Assembly (NCBI GenBank): GCA_048939465.1
Contig: JBHLPL010000002.1
Coordinates: 1 to 32,000 of the forward strand
Direction of reading: 5' to 3'
Source: Promethearchaeota archaeon
Lineage (GTDB): Archaea > Asgardarchaeota > Odinarchaeia > Odinarchaeales > JBHLKK01
Length of the DNA: 32,000 nt
In this document: one piece after another, positions 8,816-18,403 of the stretch
Numbering within the stretch: the stretch's first letter is position 1
How the letters are laid out: every line of letters begins with the position of its first letter
The notes under the pieces: model-generated
What the model saw: only the letters and a program-made list of their open reading frames with translations
Database searches by the model: none
What the model was told of the DNA's origin: nothing
Position numbers and translations under genes: made by a program

Positions 8816-9556
8816 ATGTTATTTACAGACATAGAAGGGAAAAGAATCCCTCTAGTATCAATAGGAACATCCCCATTCTTTGGGGCAGGGCAATTTGGCA
8901 TAAAGGCGCTTTTTTGGAGACAGAAGTTCCTGCATAATCCGGAGGAAATGGCAAACCTAATGATGGATGCATATGATGCAGGAAGCAGAGGTGCACACAT
9001 AATACCGCTGGGGAAGATTCCAGCGGCTGCAGGAATTGTAAAAGATCAATACTCTGAGTTCGTCGTGATCGGGAGCACTCCGCCTAATAATATCATGAAA
9101 GGAATCGAAATTCTTGAAAAGATGGATGCAAGGATCATCTTTGTACATGGGCAGATTGCGGACTTGAGAAGCAAGAATAAGCTTTCCGGTTTGCTAAGCG
9201 AGATCAGAAATGCTGGAGCCGTACCTGGGATAGCCACACATGAGCCCATAGAGACGATATCATTCATCGAGAACCAAGGACTGGATTGTCCAGCAATTCT
9301 GGTTCCCTTTAACAGCAAAGGTTACGCGATGCAAAACAAACCTCGACTTGAGAGAATGATCAATAGCTCTACCAGGTTTTTCATAGGGATGAAGGTACTC
9401 GCTGCAGGAAAAATAAGACCAAAAGCAGCATTCGAATATGTTGGAAAACACGGTAATATCTCTGCCGTGACAATAGGAATAACTACAAGTCAAGAAGCAA
9501 AAGAAAGCGTGCATTTCGCCTTGAAGTGTCTGAATTCAGGATCAAGGTTAAGGTAA
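8816..9556 (+). CDS. Hypothetical protein, aldo/keto-reductase-like
   Basis: 246 aa; 'IGMKVLAAGKI' and 'AVTIGITT' resemble AKR C-terminal motifs. Confidence 0.65.
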   Translation: MLFTDIEGKRIPLVSIGTSPFFGAGQFGIKALFWRQKFLHNPEEMANLMMDAYDAGSRGAHIIPLGKIPAAAGIVKDQYSEFVVIGSTPPNNIMKGIEILEKMDARIIFVHGQIADLRSKNKLSGLLSEIRNAGAVPGIATHEPIETISFIENQGLDCPAILVPFNSKGYAMQNKPRLERMINSSTRFFIGMKVLAAGKIRPKAAFEYVGKHGNISAVTIGITTSQEAKESVHFALKCLNSGSRLR

Positions 9557-9586
9557 TTCTGTTGCATTAAGAGTGCAACACAAAAT

Positions 9587-9601
9587 GAAAAGCTTAAAAT
9601 A
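9587..9601 (+). promoter_or_regulatory. Putative BRE-TATA promoter of the rpoD operon
   Basis: GAAAAGCTTAAAATA about 57 nt upstream of the rpoD start. Confidence 0.5.
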
Positions 9602-9657
9602 TGCTTCTTGCTTCTCCTTTATCCTATCACTAAAACGATGACTGTCGGTGTACAGAA

Positions 9658-10470
9658 TTGAAGATACGGATTCTTGAAAAAGACGATCAACACATCCAGT
9701 TTTACGTAGAAGGTATTGATCCAGCTTTCGCCAACTCTTTAAGGCGAATTATGATATCCGAAGTGCCGTCTATGACAATAGACGAGGTAATGATAGTCGA
9801 GAATACGTCTGCCCTGTTTGATGAAGTACTGTCGCACAGACTAGGATTAATCCCCATTGTAACCGATTTAGAGTCGTACGTACTTCCGAGTGAATGCGCA
9901 TGCAACGGGTCTGGCTGTCCTCAATGCCAGGTCATACTGACCCTAAACAAAGAAGCAACAGAAGGCGGAATGACTGTCTACTCAGGAGACTTAGAATCGC
10001 AAGATCCTAAAGCGATTCCTGCAAGCGATAAGATACCAATAATCAGGCTGGCAAAAGGGCAACGACTGGTACTTGAAGCATATGCAAGGTTAGGAACCGG
10101 TCGAGAACATGCCAAATATCAGCCAGTATCTGGCTGTTCTTACAGGTATAAGCCGATAATTGACATAGAACTGGACAAGTGTGAGGCATGTGAAGAGTGT
10201 GTCAAGTCATGCCCGAAGAATATTCTTCGTCAAGAGAATGGAACTCTCGTGTTGCACGATGCTTTAAGCTGTACTCTGTGCAAGTCATGTGTAGAATCCT
10301 GCGAATTCGATGCAATTCATATATCGTGGGATGAATCTACATTCATATTCAATGTCGAATCTACAGGAGTCTTACCACCGAGCAAGGTTGTTAAGAAATC
10401 AACCGAAATATTGGAGAAAAAAGCAAGAGAATTCATAGAACTCGTGGGCGTAGCCAAGACGGAGAGGTGA
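9658..10470 (+). CDS. rpoD: DNA-directed RNA polymerase subunit Rpo3 (D), with ferredoxin-like Fe-S domain
   Basis: ANSLRRIMISEVPS, HRLGLIP, GTGREHAKYQP; CxxCxxCxxxCP and CxxCxxCxxxC motifs. Confidence 0.96.
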   Translation: MKIRILEKDDQHIQFYVEGIDPAFANSLRRIMISEVPSMTIDEVMIVENTSALFDEVLSHRLGLIPIVTDLESYVLPSECACNGSGCPQCQVILTLNKEATEGGMTVYSGDLESQDPKAIPASDKIPIIRLAKGQRLVLEAYARLGTGREHAKYQPVSGCSYRYKPIIDIELDKCEACEECVKSCPKNILRQENGTLVLHDALSCTLCKSCVESCEFDAIHISWDESTFIFNVESTGVLPPSKVVKKSTEILEKKAREFIELVGVAKTER

Positions 10471-10474
10471 GCAT

Positions 10475-10828
10475 ATGCCAAAACCTACAGGACCTACAGA
10501 TCCAAATCTGACGCATTTAATCATGAATCTGCGAAAAACCAAGAAAAGAATATGGCGGACAATAGCTGAACAGCTCCGAAAACCAAGAAGAACCAGAACA
10601 GCAGTCAATCTGTCAAAAATCAATCGTCATACTGAGGAAGGCAATGTAGTCGTTATCCCAGGAAAGGTTTTGGGATCAGGCTTACTGAATCATAAGGTCT
10701 CCATCGCCGCACTGGTTTTCACAAAGCAGGCCAGAGAGAGAATAAAGGCCGCTGGGGGCGAATCTATTACCATAGAAGAACTAGTAAGTAGAAATCCAAA
10801 TGGCTCCAGTGTTTTGATAGTGAAGTAA
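10475..10828 (+). CDS. rpl18e: 50S ribosomal protein L18e (eL18)
   Basis: VNLSKINR, VIPGKVLGSG. Confidence 0.96.
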   Translation: MPKPTGPTDPNLTHLIMNLRKTKKRIWRTIAEQLRKPRRTRTAVNLSKINRHTEEGNVVVIPGKVLGSGLLNHKVSIAALVFTKQARERIKAAGGESITIEELVSRNPNGSSVLIVK

Positions 10829-10841
10829 TGGAGGAGGACGA

Positions 10842-11288
10842 ATGGAAGGGCCCAAGATAATTGACGCTTCTGATTTGGTTCTAGGAAGACTAGCGAGCGT
10901 TGTTGCAAAACGCTTACTTGCAGGCGAGAGCATCGTGATAGTTAACGCGGAAAAGGCAGTGATAACAGGCAAAAAGACAAGCATTTTGGAGAGATACAGA
11001 CAGAGATTTGGAATTAGAACTCTTACTGCGCCTTGGAGGGGACCGCTTCATTATCGAAGGCCAGACAGATTTGTGAAAAGGACTATTAGGGGTATGCTTC
11101 CCTATAAAACCCCACGAGGAAGAAAGGCCTATAAACGTCTTCTGGTACACATAGGCATTCCAGATGGAGTTGAGGACAAAATGAAAGAAACGCTCCCTCA
11201 GGCATCTATAGGGCGAACTAAGGGTAGGGGTATACGAGTTTACGAGTTGACCAGGGAATTAGGTTGGATTCCATCCGTGGAGGGGTAA
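10842..11288 (+). CDS. rpl13: 50S ribosomal protein L13 (uL13)
   Basis: [23 protein letters not shown]. Confidence 0.96.
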   Translation: MEGPKIIDASDLVLGRLASVVAKRLLAGESIVIVNAEKAVITGKKTSILERYRQRFGIRTLTAPWRGPLHYRRPDRFVKRTIRGMLPYKTPRGRKAYKRLLVHIGIPDGVEDKMKETLPQASIGRTKGRGIRVYELTRELGWIPSVEG

Positions 11289-11292
11289 GAAA

Positions 11293-11697
11293 ATGACAAA
11301 AGTTCTTTTGGTTAGTGGAAAGCGGAAGACCGCGATTGCAAGAGCTACAATTCGCAAGGGCAAAGGAATGGTGCGAATAAACAATGTCCCGCTTCAGATC
11401 TATGGCTCTGAACTTGCTAGATCGAAGATTATGGAACCGCTGCTGATAGCAGGAGACGACATAACCAAGAAGATTGATATTCATGTAAGAGTCCACGGTG
11501 GAGGCTATATGGGTCGGGCAGATGCTGTAAGAACCGCGATTGCGCGAGGACTGGAAAGCTGGTCAAAGGATGTCAAACTGAGAGAGAATTTCATTCGGTA
11601 TGACAGAACAATGCTTGTAGGCGATTCTCGAAGAACAGAACCAAAGAAATTTGGAGGACACAGCGCAAGAGCTAGAAAGCAGAAATCATATAGGTGA
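11293..11697 (+). CDS. rps9: 30S ribosomal protein S9 (uS9)
   Basis: [26 protein letters not shown]-terminus. Confidence 0.97.
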   Translation: MTKVLLVSGKRKTAIARATIRKGKGMVRINNVPLQIYGSELARSKIMEPLLIAGDDITKKIDIHVRVHGGGYMGRADAVRTAIARGLESWSKDVKLRENFIRYDRTMLVGDSRRTEPKKFGGHSARARKQKSYR

Positions 11698-11939
11698 ACT
11701 GTCCTTAGCTTCCGCAAGGGATTTGCTCCCTCGCTCCTTGAAATGCCAACAGGTCTTCTTTCGGAGCGATGAACACTCTGTGACTGTGGTACAGCTGCGC
11801 TTTCGATCACGCAACCTAAGAGCCTGTTACGCATATTAACTTCCTAGCTCCCAAGGTCATAGATCTTAACCTCAAAGACGAAGGGGATATTCAAACGCAA
11901 TGGAATCCATCCCAACGCCTATGCCGAGGTCTTCTTGAG
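11694..11939. mobile_element. Non-autonomous IS200/IS605-like mini-element E3 (~246 bp)
   Basis: Begins GTGAACTGTCCTTAGCTTCCGCAAGGGATTTGCTCCCTC, similar to the E1 end GTGAACTCCCCCTAGCTTTCCCAAGGAGCTTCCTCCCTC; ends ATCCATCCC...GGTCTTCTTGAG. Confidence 0.6.
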
Positions 11940-12224
11940 AAGGGCAGACGAAGCATGAATTGACGATTTCTTTTCACTTAGTTTTGGTTGGAGGTAAACT
12001 CCATTTCTTGGGGCTACTCCAGAATTGGTAATTTTCCCCTTCAAATCGCTAGGATCCTTTTTGCCTTACTTTGCGTTCAAACAGGGGCGACAAAAAGAGA
12101 AGCCTCGAAATTGAGACCGACAAAAAAGGCGCCTTAAATAAGCAATCTCTTAGGAGAATAGAAAAGCCGTACAATCATTTATTAGGATTCTTGAGGGGTC
12201 ATAAATTAGTGGAGGATGAAAGCA

Positions 12225-12464
12225 TTGAAAGTTATTAGCATAAACATTCCAGAGAAATATATCTATGAGCTAGAGGAACTAGTAAGGCAGGAATTCTACT
12301 TGAGTAGAAGTGAAGCTATTAGAGCTGCAGTTAGAGATCTCCTCAAACGTGAACTCTGGATGGCCGGACAAGCGATCTTGGCAACTGCGCCAGCCCCGAT
12401 TGAACGTGAGCAGACAACATCCGGCGAACAATTAATTGACGGAAAAGTTATCCTTAAAACCTAA
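12225..12464 (+). CDS. CopG/MetJ-type ribbon-helix-helix protein
   Basis: 'VISINIP...SRSEAIRAAVRDLL'. TTG at 12225 is spaced correctly from GGAGGATGA; the track ATG at 12216 lies inside the SD. Confidence 0.85.
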   Translation: MKVISINIPEKYIYELEELVRQEFYLSRSEAIRAAVRDLLKRELWMAGQAILATAPAPIEREQTTSGEQLIDGKVILKT

Positions 12465-12578
12465 CGAATCGCGTTTGCCGAGTGATTCCTTTTTGATTTG
12501 TCAAGAAAAGAAAAATCTTTAAAAGGCAGATTTGTTCATCTCCATTGACATGTTCTAATATAATGGAGAATGATTTAC

Positions 12579-12791
12579 ATGATAATCCCTGTACGTTGTT
12601 TCACCTGCGGAAAAGTCATTGGTGATAAATGGGAGGAATTCAAGAAAAGGGTAATAAAGCAAAATGAAAGACCCGACCGAGTTTTAAATGATCTGGGAAT
12701 TAAACGTTACTGCTGCAGAAGAATGTTTATTTCTCACGTGACCGTGGACAAGGAAGCAAGAGAGCTGATAGATGAAATACTGAAATTTTAA
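12579..12791 (+). CDS. rpoN: RNA polymerase subunit Rpo10 (N)
   Basis: [12 protein letters not shown]...RYCCRRM. Confidence 0.96.
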   Translation: MIIPVRCFTCGKVIGDKWEEFKKRVIKQNERPDRVLNDLGIKRYCCRRMFISHVTVDKEARELIDEILKF

Positions 12792-12837
12792 ATACTTGTT
12801 TTACAAGCTTTCTTGAGTAGCCTGGAGGTGAAAGCTA

Positions 12838-13473
12838 ATTTCAGAAACCACTCCAGAGAAAACTGAGGAAGAAGATCTTCTAGTACCCTTGGACAAGTAT
12901 CTTGCCAACGGCATTCATATCGGGACTCAAGTCAAAACAAAATCTATGAGACCATTTATTTATCGGGTCCGTCCAGATGGTCTCTATGTGCTTGACGTCA
13001 AGAAGACTGATGAGAGAATAAGAATAGCGGCCAAATTTCTGGCCAGATATAAACCGGAAGAGATCATAGTAATATCTGCAAGGCAGTATGGCCAGAAACC
13101 AGCCGAGAAATTTTGTGAATTAACTCGGGCAACGCCCATGATTGGACGATTTATACCGGGATCACTGACTAATCCTACCTCAAAGAACTACTTAGAGCCA
13201 GGCATCATCATGGTAACGGATCCTAGAGCAGATAATCAAGCCGTAAAGGAGGCTGTCAAAACTAGATTGCCGGTCGTCGCCCTGTGTGATACCGATAGCA
13301 GCGCGACAAACGTCGATTTGGTTATTCCAACAAATAATAAAGGACGTAAGGCGCTCTCGGCAGTTTACTGGATTTTGGCTAGGCAACTTCTGCGGGAACG
13401 CGGAGAAATTCCGCCTGACGCCGAGTTATCCGCTTCGATTGAGGATTTTCAGGCCCATCTAAGAAGGGCGTAG
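12838..13473 (+). CDS. rps2: 30S ribosomal protein S2 (uS2); probable ATT start
   Basis: GIHIGTQVK, GRFIPGSLTNP, DLVIPTNNKGR. The frame extends upstream of the track start to ATT at 12838, 7 nt after GGAGGTG. Confidence 0.95.
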   Translation: MSETTPEKTEEEDLLVPLDKYLANGIHIGTQVKTKSMRPFIYRVRPDGLYVLDVKKTDERIRIAAKFLARYKPEEIIVISARQYGQKPAEKFCELTRATPMIGRFIPGSLTNPTSKNYLEPGIIMVTDPRADNQAVKEAVKTRLPVVALCDTDSSATNVDLVIPTNNKGRKALSAVYWILARQLLRERGEIPPDAELSASIEDFQAHLRRA

Positions 13474-13501
13474 GTTTTGGACTCCTGTCCTGACACCTAA
13501 T

Positions 13502-13516
13502 AAAAAGGTTATTAAA
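13502..13516 (+). promoter_or_regulatory. Putative BRE-TATA promoter of mvk-ipk/fni
   Basis: AAAAAGGTTATTAAA about 43 nt upstream of the mvk ATG. Confidence 0.45.
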
Positions 13517-13558
13517 TCTCTTGATAGATATCCTTCTCCACCGTGAAGTGGGTGTAGA

Positions 13559-14536
13559 ATGTCAAAGATCACTTTTTCGGCCCCAGGTAAGTGCATACTA
13601 ACGGGAGAACACAGCGTTGTTTACGGCACGCCCGCTATAGTCACAGCCCTTGATATACGGGCGTATTCAGCAGCAGAACCAACAAATGACGATCAGATCA
13701 CCATAACAGGATCAAATCTCGGAATTACCGGCATCTTTCCTAATTCTCTTGAGGCTACACCAGAAGTCGATTCTAAGACATTATCGGTGCTTAAACCGAT
13801 TTGGACAGCTTGCTGCAAGACACTTGAGAAAAAGAACAAGAAAGTTGGACTAAAGGTTGAGGTAAATTCTGAAATACCTCTTAGTGTTGGGCTCGGGTCT
13901 TCCGCAGCCATTGCTGTCTCATCAGTAGCCGCCGTCGCCCATGCTTCAGGCATTTCGCTTACGAAAGAAGAGATATCAAGCATTGCTTTTGAGGCAGAGA
14001 AAGTAGTGCATGGAACGCCTTCTGGAGTGGACAACTCTGTTGCAACCTTTGGGGGAGTCATGATGTACGAACAAGGAGAAATTGAGTACCTAGACGTTAA
14101 GAGTCCAATACCACTAGTGATCGGAAACACGTTAAAGGAGAGAAACACCGGAGAGTGGGTAGAAAAAGTCCGACATCGTCACGACAGACACCCCACAGTG
14201 ATCGATAGTGTGATAAAGGCAATAGCCGACCTAACTAGAAAGGCAAAGATTGCAATTATAAACGGCGATTTAAGAACTCTTGGAGAATTAATGGATATTA
14301 ACCAAGGACTGCTATATTCTTTAGGGGTTTCAACAGATGACCTAGACCGGTTAATTTATGTAGCACGTAAGGCAGGAGCGCATGGGGCGAAGCTTACGGG
14401 AGCCGGCGGGGGAGGATGTATAGTCGCACTCTCTTCTCATAAGAATCAGCATGCAATTGCTGCAGCTATAGGAAAGGCAGAAGGCGAGCCCATCATAACA
14501 AAATTCTCACAACAGGGAGTTAGAATTGAGAAATAG
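13559..14536 (+). CDS. mvk: Mevalonate kinase
   Basis: SAPGKCILTGEHSVVYG, GLGSSAA, PSGVDN, GAKLTGAGGGGC. Confidence 0.95.
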   Translation: MSKITFSAPGKCILTGEHSVVYGTPAIVTALDIRAYSAAEPTNDDQITITGSNLGITGIFPNSLEATPEVDSKTLSVLKPIWTACCKTLEKKNKKVGLKVEVNSEIPLSVGLGSSAAIAVSSVAAVAHASGISLTKEEISSIAFEAEKVVHGTPSGVDNSVATFGGVMMYEQGEIEYLDVKSPIPLVIGNTLKERNTGEWVEKVRHRHDRHPTVIDSVIKAIADLTRKAKIAIINGDLRTLGELMDINQGLLYSLGVSTDDLDRLIYVARKAGAHGAKLTGAGGGGCIVALSSHKNQHAIAAAIGKAEGEPIITKFSQQGVRIEK

Positions 14537-16436
14537 ACCGATTATTCTAAAACTAGGCGGTAGTGTAATCACAAGCAAGAATGAATTATTTAAGGCAAAA
14601 CCTGAAGTTGTAGACCAGATTGCCAAAGAGGTCGCGTCAGCAAAGCGTAAAAATCTGGTTATAGTCCATGGCGGCGGATCGTTTGGTCACCCCGTGGCCA
14701 AAAAATATAAAATACATAAAGGCTTCCGCCACCCAAATCAAATAATGGGATTTTCAGAAACACACAAGGCTATGGAACAACTCAATCAAATAGTAATCGG
14801 CGCATTCCTAAGACAGAGAATCCCTGTTATTTCAATTCCTCCATCAAGCTGCGTCACCACAAACCGTGGCATAATTACAGTGTTCAACATTCCGGTAAGG
14901 GAGTACCTTAAGAAGGGCTTTATCCCCGTGATCTATGGAGATGCAGTCATAGACGAAGAATGGGGCATGGCTATCCTTTCGGGAGACCAGATTGTGAAAT
15001 ATCTCGCGATGCATCTAGAAGCCAGAAGAGTAATTTTCGGTGTTGATGTTAATGGAATCTTCACAGCAGACCCTAAGCAGAACCAAGATGCAAAACTCAT
15101 TCGCAGGATCACACCTAGGAATTTTGATCAGATTCTGTCCAGCTTAGAGACCAGTGATGTGGGCGATGTGACTGGTGGGATGGCGGGAAAAATGAAAGAA
15201 CTCGTAGAAATAGCAAAGAGGGGCATAGAAGTAAGCATTATAAACGCTACCAAATCTAAAAATGTGGAATCCGCGTTAACAGGAAAAGATGTTTCTGGTA
15301 CGCATGTTAGTGGTTGGGAACGCAAAGTGAAAAAAGCGCCAGTAGAGCCAAGAAAACTGGATCACATAAGGATGTGTTTGGAGAAATCTGTTCAAGCAAG
15401 AAATAAGACTGCTGGACTGGAAGATGTTGAGCTAATCCATAATGCAATACCTGAAATATCAAAAAAGGATGTTAATCTTGGTGTAAACTTCCTCAATTAT
15501 GATCTAGACGCGCCAATCATTATTGCAGCAATGACTGGGGGGCATCCTGTTGCAAAAAGGATTAATGAGACATTAGCGAAGGCATCAAAAGAATTGAATA
15601 TTGGATTGGGTGTTGGAAGTCAGAGAGCTGCCCTAGAAGACCCGGAGCTAGCTGATACATTCAGAGTTGTCCGTGAAGTCGCACCGGAGGCGTTCATCAT
15701 AGGAAATCTCGGTGCTCCCCAGCTCTCCAGAGGGTACGATTTAGAGGAGATAGAAAAAGCCATAAAGATGATAGACGCAAATGCAATAGCTGTGCACCTA
15801 AACACATTGCAGGAAGCAATCCAACCGGAAGGAGAAACTGATTTTTCAGGGGTTGTTAGTGCATTTAGGAGGATTTCGGATAAGATTGATATCCCAGTAA
15901 TCGCAAAAGAGACGGGTGCAGGGATAGCAAGGGAGGAAGCAGAGACTCTTGAAAAGGCTGGAGTTACTGCTATCGATGTAGGGGGTGCGGGGGGAACTAG
16001 CTGGGCGGGAGTGGAAACGCATCGGGCAGCTGAGAGCGGGGACGGGCTGAGAACTCGCATAGGAAGGACTTTCTGGGACTGGGGCATACCTACTGCAGTA
16101 AGTACATTCGAGGTAGCTCAGTCAACAGGACTGCCAGTAATAGCTACCGGCGGAGTACGCTCAGGTCTTGACGCAGCAAAGCTAATAGCTCTGGGCGCAA
16201 GTGCCGTTGGCGTTGCCTTCCCGTTGCTCCGACCGGCTTATGGAGGGGATGTAAACGAGGTGATTAATACTCTCGATACAATGATAGAAGAACTAAGAAT
16301 TACCATGCATTTGGTTGGAGCTAAGACAATCGACGAATTGAAAAGCGCAAGGGCAATTATCAGTGGAAAGACTGGTCGATGGCTTCAGCTCAGAGGCTAT
16401 GAAGTTTCCGGATTCGCAAATCGAATAATAGAATAG
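14526..16436 (+). CDS. ipk-fni: Fused isopentenyl phosphate kinase + type 2 isopentenyl-diphosphate delta-isomerase
   Basis: N-half: LKLGGSVIT, HGGGSFGH, SGD, DVTGGM. C-half: RKLDH, AMTGG, GVGSQR, HLN, KETGAG, GGTSW, WGIPT. Single open frame of 636 aa. Confidence 0.9.
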   Translation: MRNRPIILKLGGSVITSKNELFKAKPEVVDQIAKEVASAKRKNLVIVHGGGSFGHPVAKKYKIHKGFRHPNQIMGFSETHKAMEQLNQIVIGAFLRQRIPVISIPPSSCVTTNRGIITVFNIPVREYLKKGFIPVIYGDAVIDEEWGMAILSGDQIVKYLAMHLEARRVIFGVDVNGIFTADPKQNQDAKLIRRITPRNFDQILSSLETSDVGDVTGGMAGKMKELVEIAKRGIEVSIINATKSKNVESALTGKDVSGTHVSGWERKVKKAPVEPRKLDHIRMCLEKSVQARNKTAGLEDVELIHNAIPEISKKDVNLGVNFLNYDLDAPIIIAAMTGGHPVAKRINETLAKASKELNIGLGVGSQRAALEDPELADTFRVVREVAPEAFIIGNLGAPQLSRGYDLEEIEKAIKMIDANAIAVHLNTLQEAIQPEGETDFSGVVSAFRRISDKIDIPVIAKETGAGIAREEAETLEKAGVTAIDVGGAGGTSWAGVETHRAAESGDGLRTRIGRTFWDWGIPTAVSTFEVAQSTGLPVIATGGVRSGLDAAKLIALGASAVGVAFPLLRPAYGGDVNEVINTLDTMIEELRITMHLVGAKTIDELKSARAIISGKTGRWLQLRGYEVSGFANRIIE

Positions 16437-16445
16437 ATAAAAATC

Positions 16446-16459
16446 GAAAGCTTTTAAAA
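16446..16459 (+). promoter_or_regulatory. Putative BRE-TATA promoter of rpl7ae
   Basis: GAAAGCTTTTAAAA upstream of rpl7ae. Confidence 0.45.
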
Positions 16460-16547
16460 TTATTAAAATGTAGAAGTAAGATTATTACAGATTTCAGATT
16501 ACTGCAATGATGAATGATGAGGGTGTATCCCGAAGGAGGTGTTTCTA

Positions 16548-16919
16548 CTGTCAAAGCCTATTCATGTTCGCTTTGAAGTACCTGAGAAACTGGCAGATAA
16601 GGCATACAAAGCAATAGAGATAGCCAGAGACACAGGAAAAATCAAAAAGGGAAGCAATGAAGCCACAAAGGCCATAGAACGAGGAACAGCGAAGCTTGTT
16701 GTAATAGCCCGAGATGTGGAGCCGCCGGAAGTTGTTGCCCACATTCCTTTTCTCTGTGAAGAGAAGAAAACTCCCTATATCTATGTGCCAAGCAAAGCGA
16801 AACTGGGGGTTGCTGCGGGAATCGACGTCGCTGCATCAGCAATAGCTATGGTTGAGACGGGAGAGGCAGAGTCTTTGATCAAGGAGATAATTAAGGAAGT
16901 CGAAGGGATTAAGAGGTAG
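16548..16919 (+). CDS. rpl7ae: 50S ribosomal protein L7Ae (eL8); probable CTG start
   Basis: [24 protein letters not shown]. The track GTG at 16539 is inside the SD GGAGGTG; CTG at 16548 gives the usual MSKP N-terminus. Confidence 0.95.
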   Translation: MSKPIHVRFEVPEKLADKAYKAIEIARDTGKIKKGSNEATKAIERGTAKLVVIARDVEPPEVVAHIPFLCEEKKTPYIYVPSKAKLGVAAGIDVAASAIAMVETGEAESLIKEIIKEVEGIKR

Positions 16920-16926
16920 AGACTGA

Positions 16927-17142
16927 ATGGAACCAACAGAGGCAGGCATCCCAGCAGAGGTCGTCCAGATAATTGGACGTACAGGAGTTACCGGCGAGAT
17001 CATTCAAGTTAGAGTGCGTGTGCTATCAGGGCAAGACAGGGGACGCATTATTACGAGGAATGTGAAAGGGCCAGTAAGGCTAGGGGATATCCTTATGCTT
17101 AGAGAGACCGAAAGAGAAGCCAGGAAAATTAGAGCTAGATAG
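16927..17142 (+). CDS. rps28e: 30S ribosomal protein S28e
   Basis: [25 protein letters not shown]. Confidence 0.97.
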   Translation: MEPTEAGIPAEVVQIIGRTGVTGEIIQVRVRVLSGQDRGRIITRNVKGPVRLGDILMLRETEREARKIRAR

Positions 17143-17149
17143 TCTCCTT

Positions 17150-17332
17150 CTACTTGCTTTGGTATGCTGTGGTCCACTTCAGTTTCCTTGGTTTTCTCTT
17201 CAAGGCAAGGCTATTCTTGCGGCACTTGGATGAGCAAAAGTACTTGAAACTTCCATCAGCTTGAACATACATCATGCCTGTCCCAGGTTCAATATCGTGA
17301 CCACAAAATAAACATTTTTGTACTTTTACCAT
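17150..17332 (-). CDS. rpl24e: 50S ribosomal protein L24e
   Basis: CLFCG..IEPGTG...FCSSKC...KPRKLKWT; ATG at 17332. Confidence 0.95.
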   Translation of the reverse strand: MVKVQKCLFCGHDIEPGTGMMYVQADGSFKYFCSSKCRKNSLALKRKPRKLKWTTAYQSK

Positions 17333-17463
17333 TTGCTCCACTCTCTGCCATTTTAGGTAGACGATTCTAGGACTATTTATTTGTCCTTTTAACTCTATCG
17401 GCAAAAATCTGAAGTCTCATCTTGACCATCTCAAGGAGACTCCATCCGATAGGGCGGAGTAGT

Positions 17464-18129
17464 TTACGTTAGAATAGACGCTACGATTGCATTAACCAGC
17501 GCCTCAACATCCTTTGGAGAAGAGTCGAGACATTCCTTTTTCAATAATTCAACCATTTCCCTCTTTAAATGCCCAGTTCTATCTCTAGTATTTACGATTT
17601 TCCTACAGATTTCCCTAAGTTCCGATGTGTAGTTTTGCTTATTGCGACCCCACTTTGAGATATACCCATTAATTCTTTCCTTTACTAGTTCAGGATCTTC
17701 CATCTCTAAACCGGCCATATCGTGCCAGATTCCTATCTCAATTAAGGCGGTTTTTGGCGAATCAGAGGCGTGAGCGATGTTTATTCCGCCCCAGATCCCG
17801 TATTTTCCTCTTATAGTATTCGACTCGGCTTTATGGCTAAATGTGTTTCCAAGTAACCCTCTTATTCGCTGAATTGCATCAACGCCTTCGATAATCATTG
17901 CAATAACTGGTCCAACCTTGATAAACTCAACAAGACTATGGAAAAAAGGTTTATCCTTATGAACTTCGTAGTGCTTCTCCGCAAGTTCTTTGGAAGCTTT
18001 AAGCTCCTCAAAGGCTAGGATTTTTAGATCTTCTTGACCAATTAGCTCTTCTAAAACCTTGGTCCCAATATATCTCCTCATTGTTCCATCCGGCTTGATC
18101 AAAAACAACGTTCTTTCGACGCCACTCAT
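17464..18129 (-). CDS. ndk: Nucleoside diphosphate kinase with C-terminal extension
   Basis: ERTLFLIKPDG, HY..H..KPFF, TIRG, NIAHASDS (catalytic His); ATG at 18129. Confidence 0.9.
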   Translation of the reverse strand: MSGVERTLFLIKPDGTMRRYIGTKVLEELIGQEDLKILAFEELKASKELAEKHYEVHKDKPFFHSLVEFIKVGPVIAMIIEGVDAIQRIRGLLGNTFSHKAESNTIRGKYGIWGGINIAHASDSPKTALIEIGIWHDMAGLEMEDPELVKERINGYISKWGRNKQNYTSELREICRKIVNTRDRTGHLKREMVELLKKECLDSSPKDVEALVNAIVASILT

Positions 18130-18164
18130 CAGAACCACCCATTGACGTGGGCTACTAGGAGTAT

Positions 18165-18311
18165 TTGATATATATTCTTTCTTTTTGTTTCAAACCTTTT
18201 GTACCACCTCAAGCAAATGAGAGTTCCGCATTGGATTTGGGAATGGTCTTTGTGTTGATTTCGATTGCGCTTTCAGCCTTGATACTGGTCGCTCTAAAGA
18301 GAGTAGCATAA
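18165..18311 (+). CDS. Possible small single-TM protein (48 aa)
   Basis: TTG-started frame ending LGMVFVLISIALSALILVALKRVA; weak SD spacing. Confidence 0.3.
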   Translation: MIYILSFCFKPFVPPQANESSALDLGMVFVLISIALSALILVALKRVA

Positions 18312-18403
18312 GTTTAATTAGGTAACGTCAAATTCGTTAATCGATATATGCTAAAAGACGACATTCTTAAAGATCCTAGACGAAAAGTGGAGGATGAACC
18401 AAC

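Noticed and set aside
11940-12215. tRNA gene between rps9 and rpoN
   Set aside because: No cloverleaf or T-loop (GTTCRA) with a matching acceptor stem found here; none noticed elsewhere in the window.
15290-15360. BHB intron or recoding at the ipk-fni junction
   Set aside because: No BHB motif found and the frame is already open.
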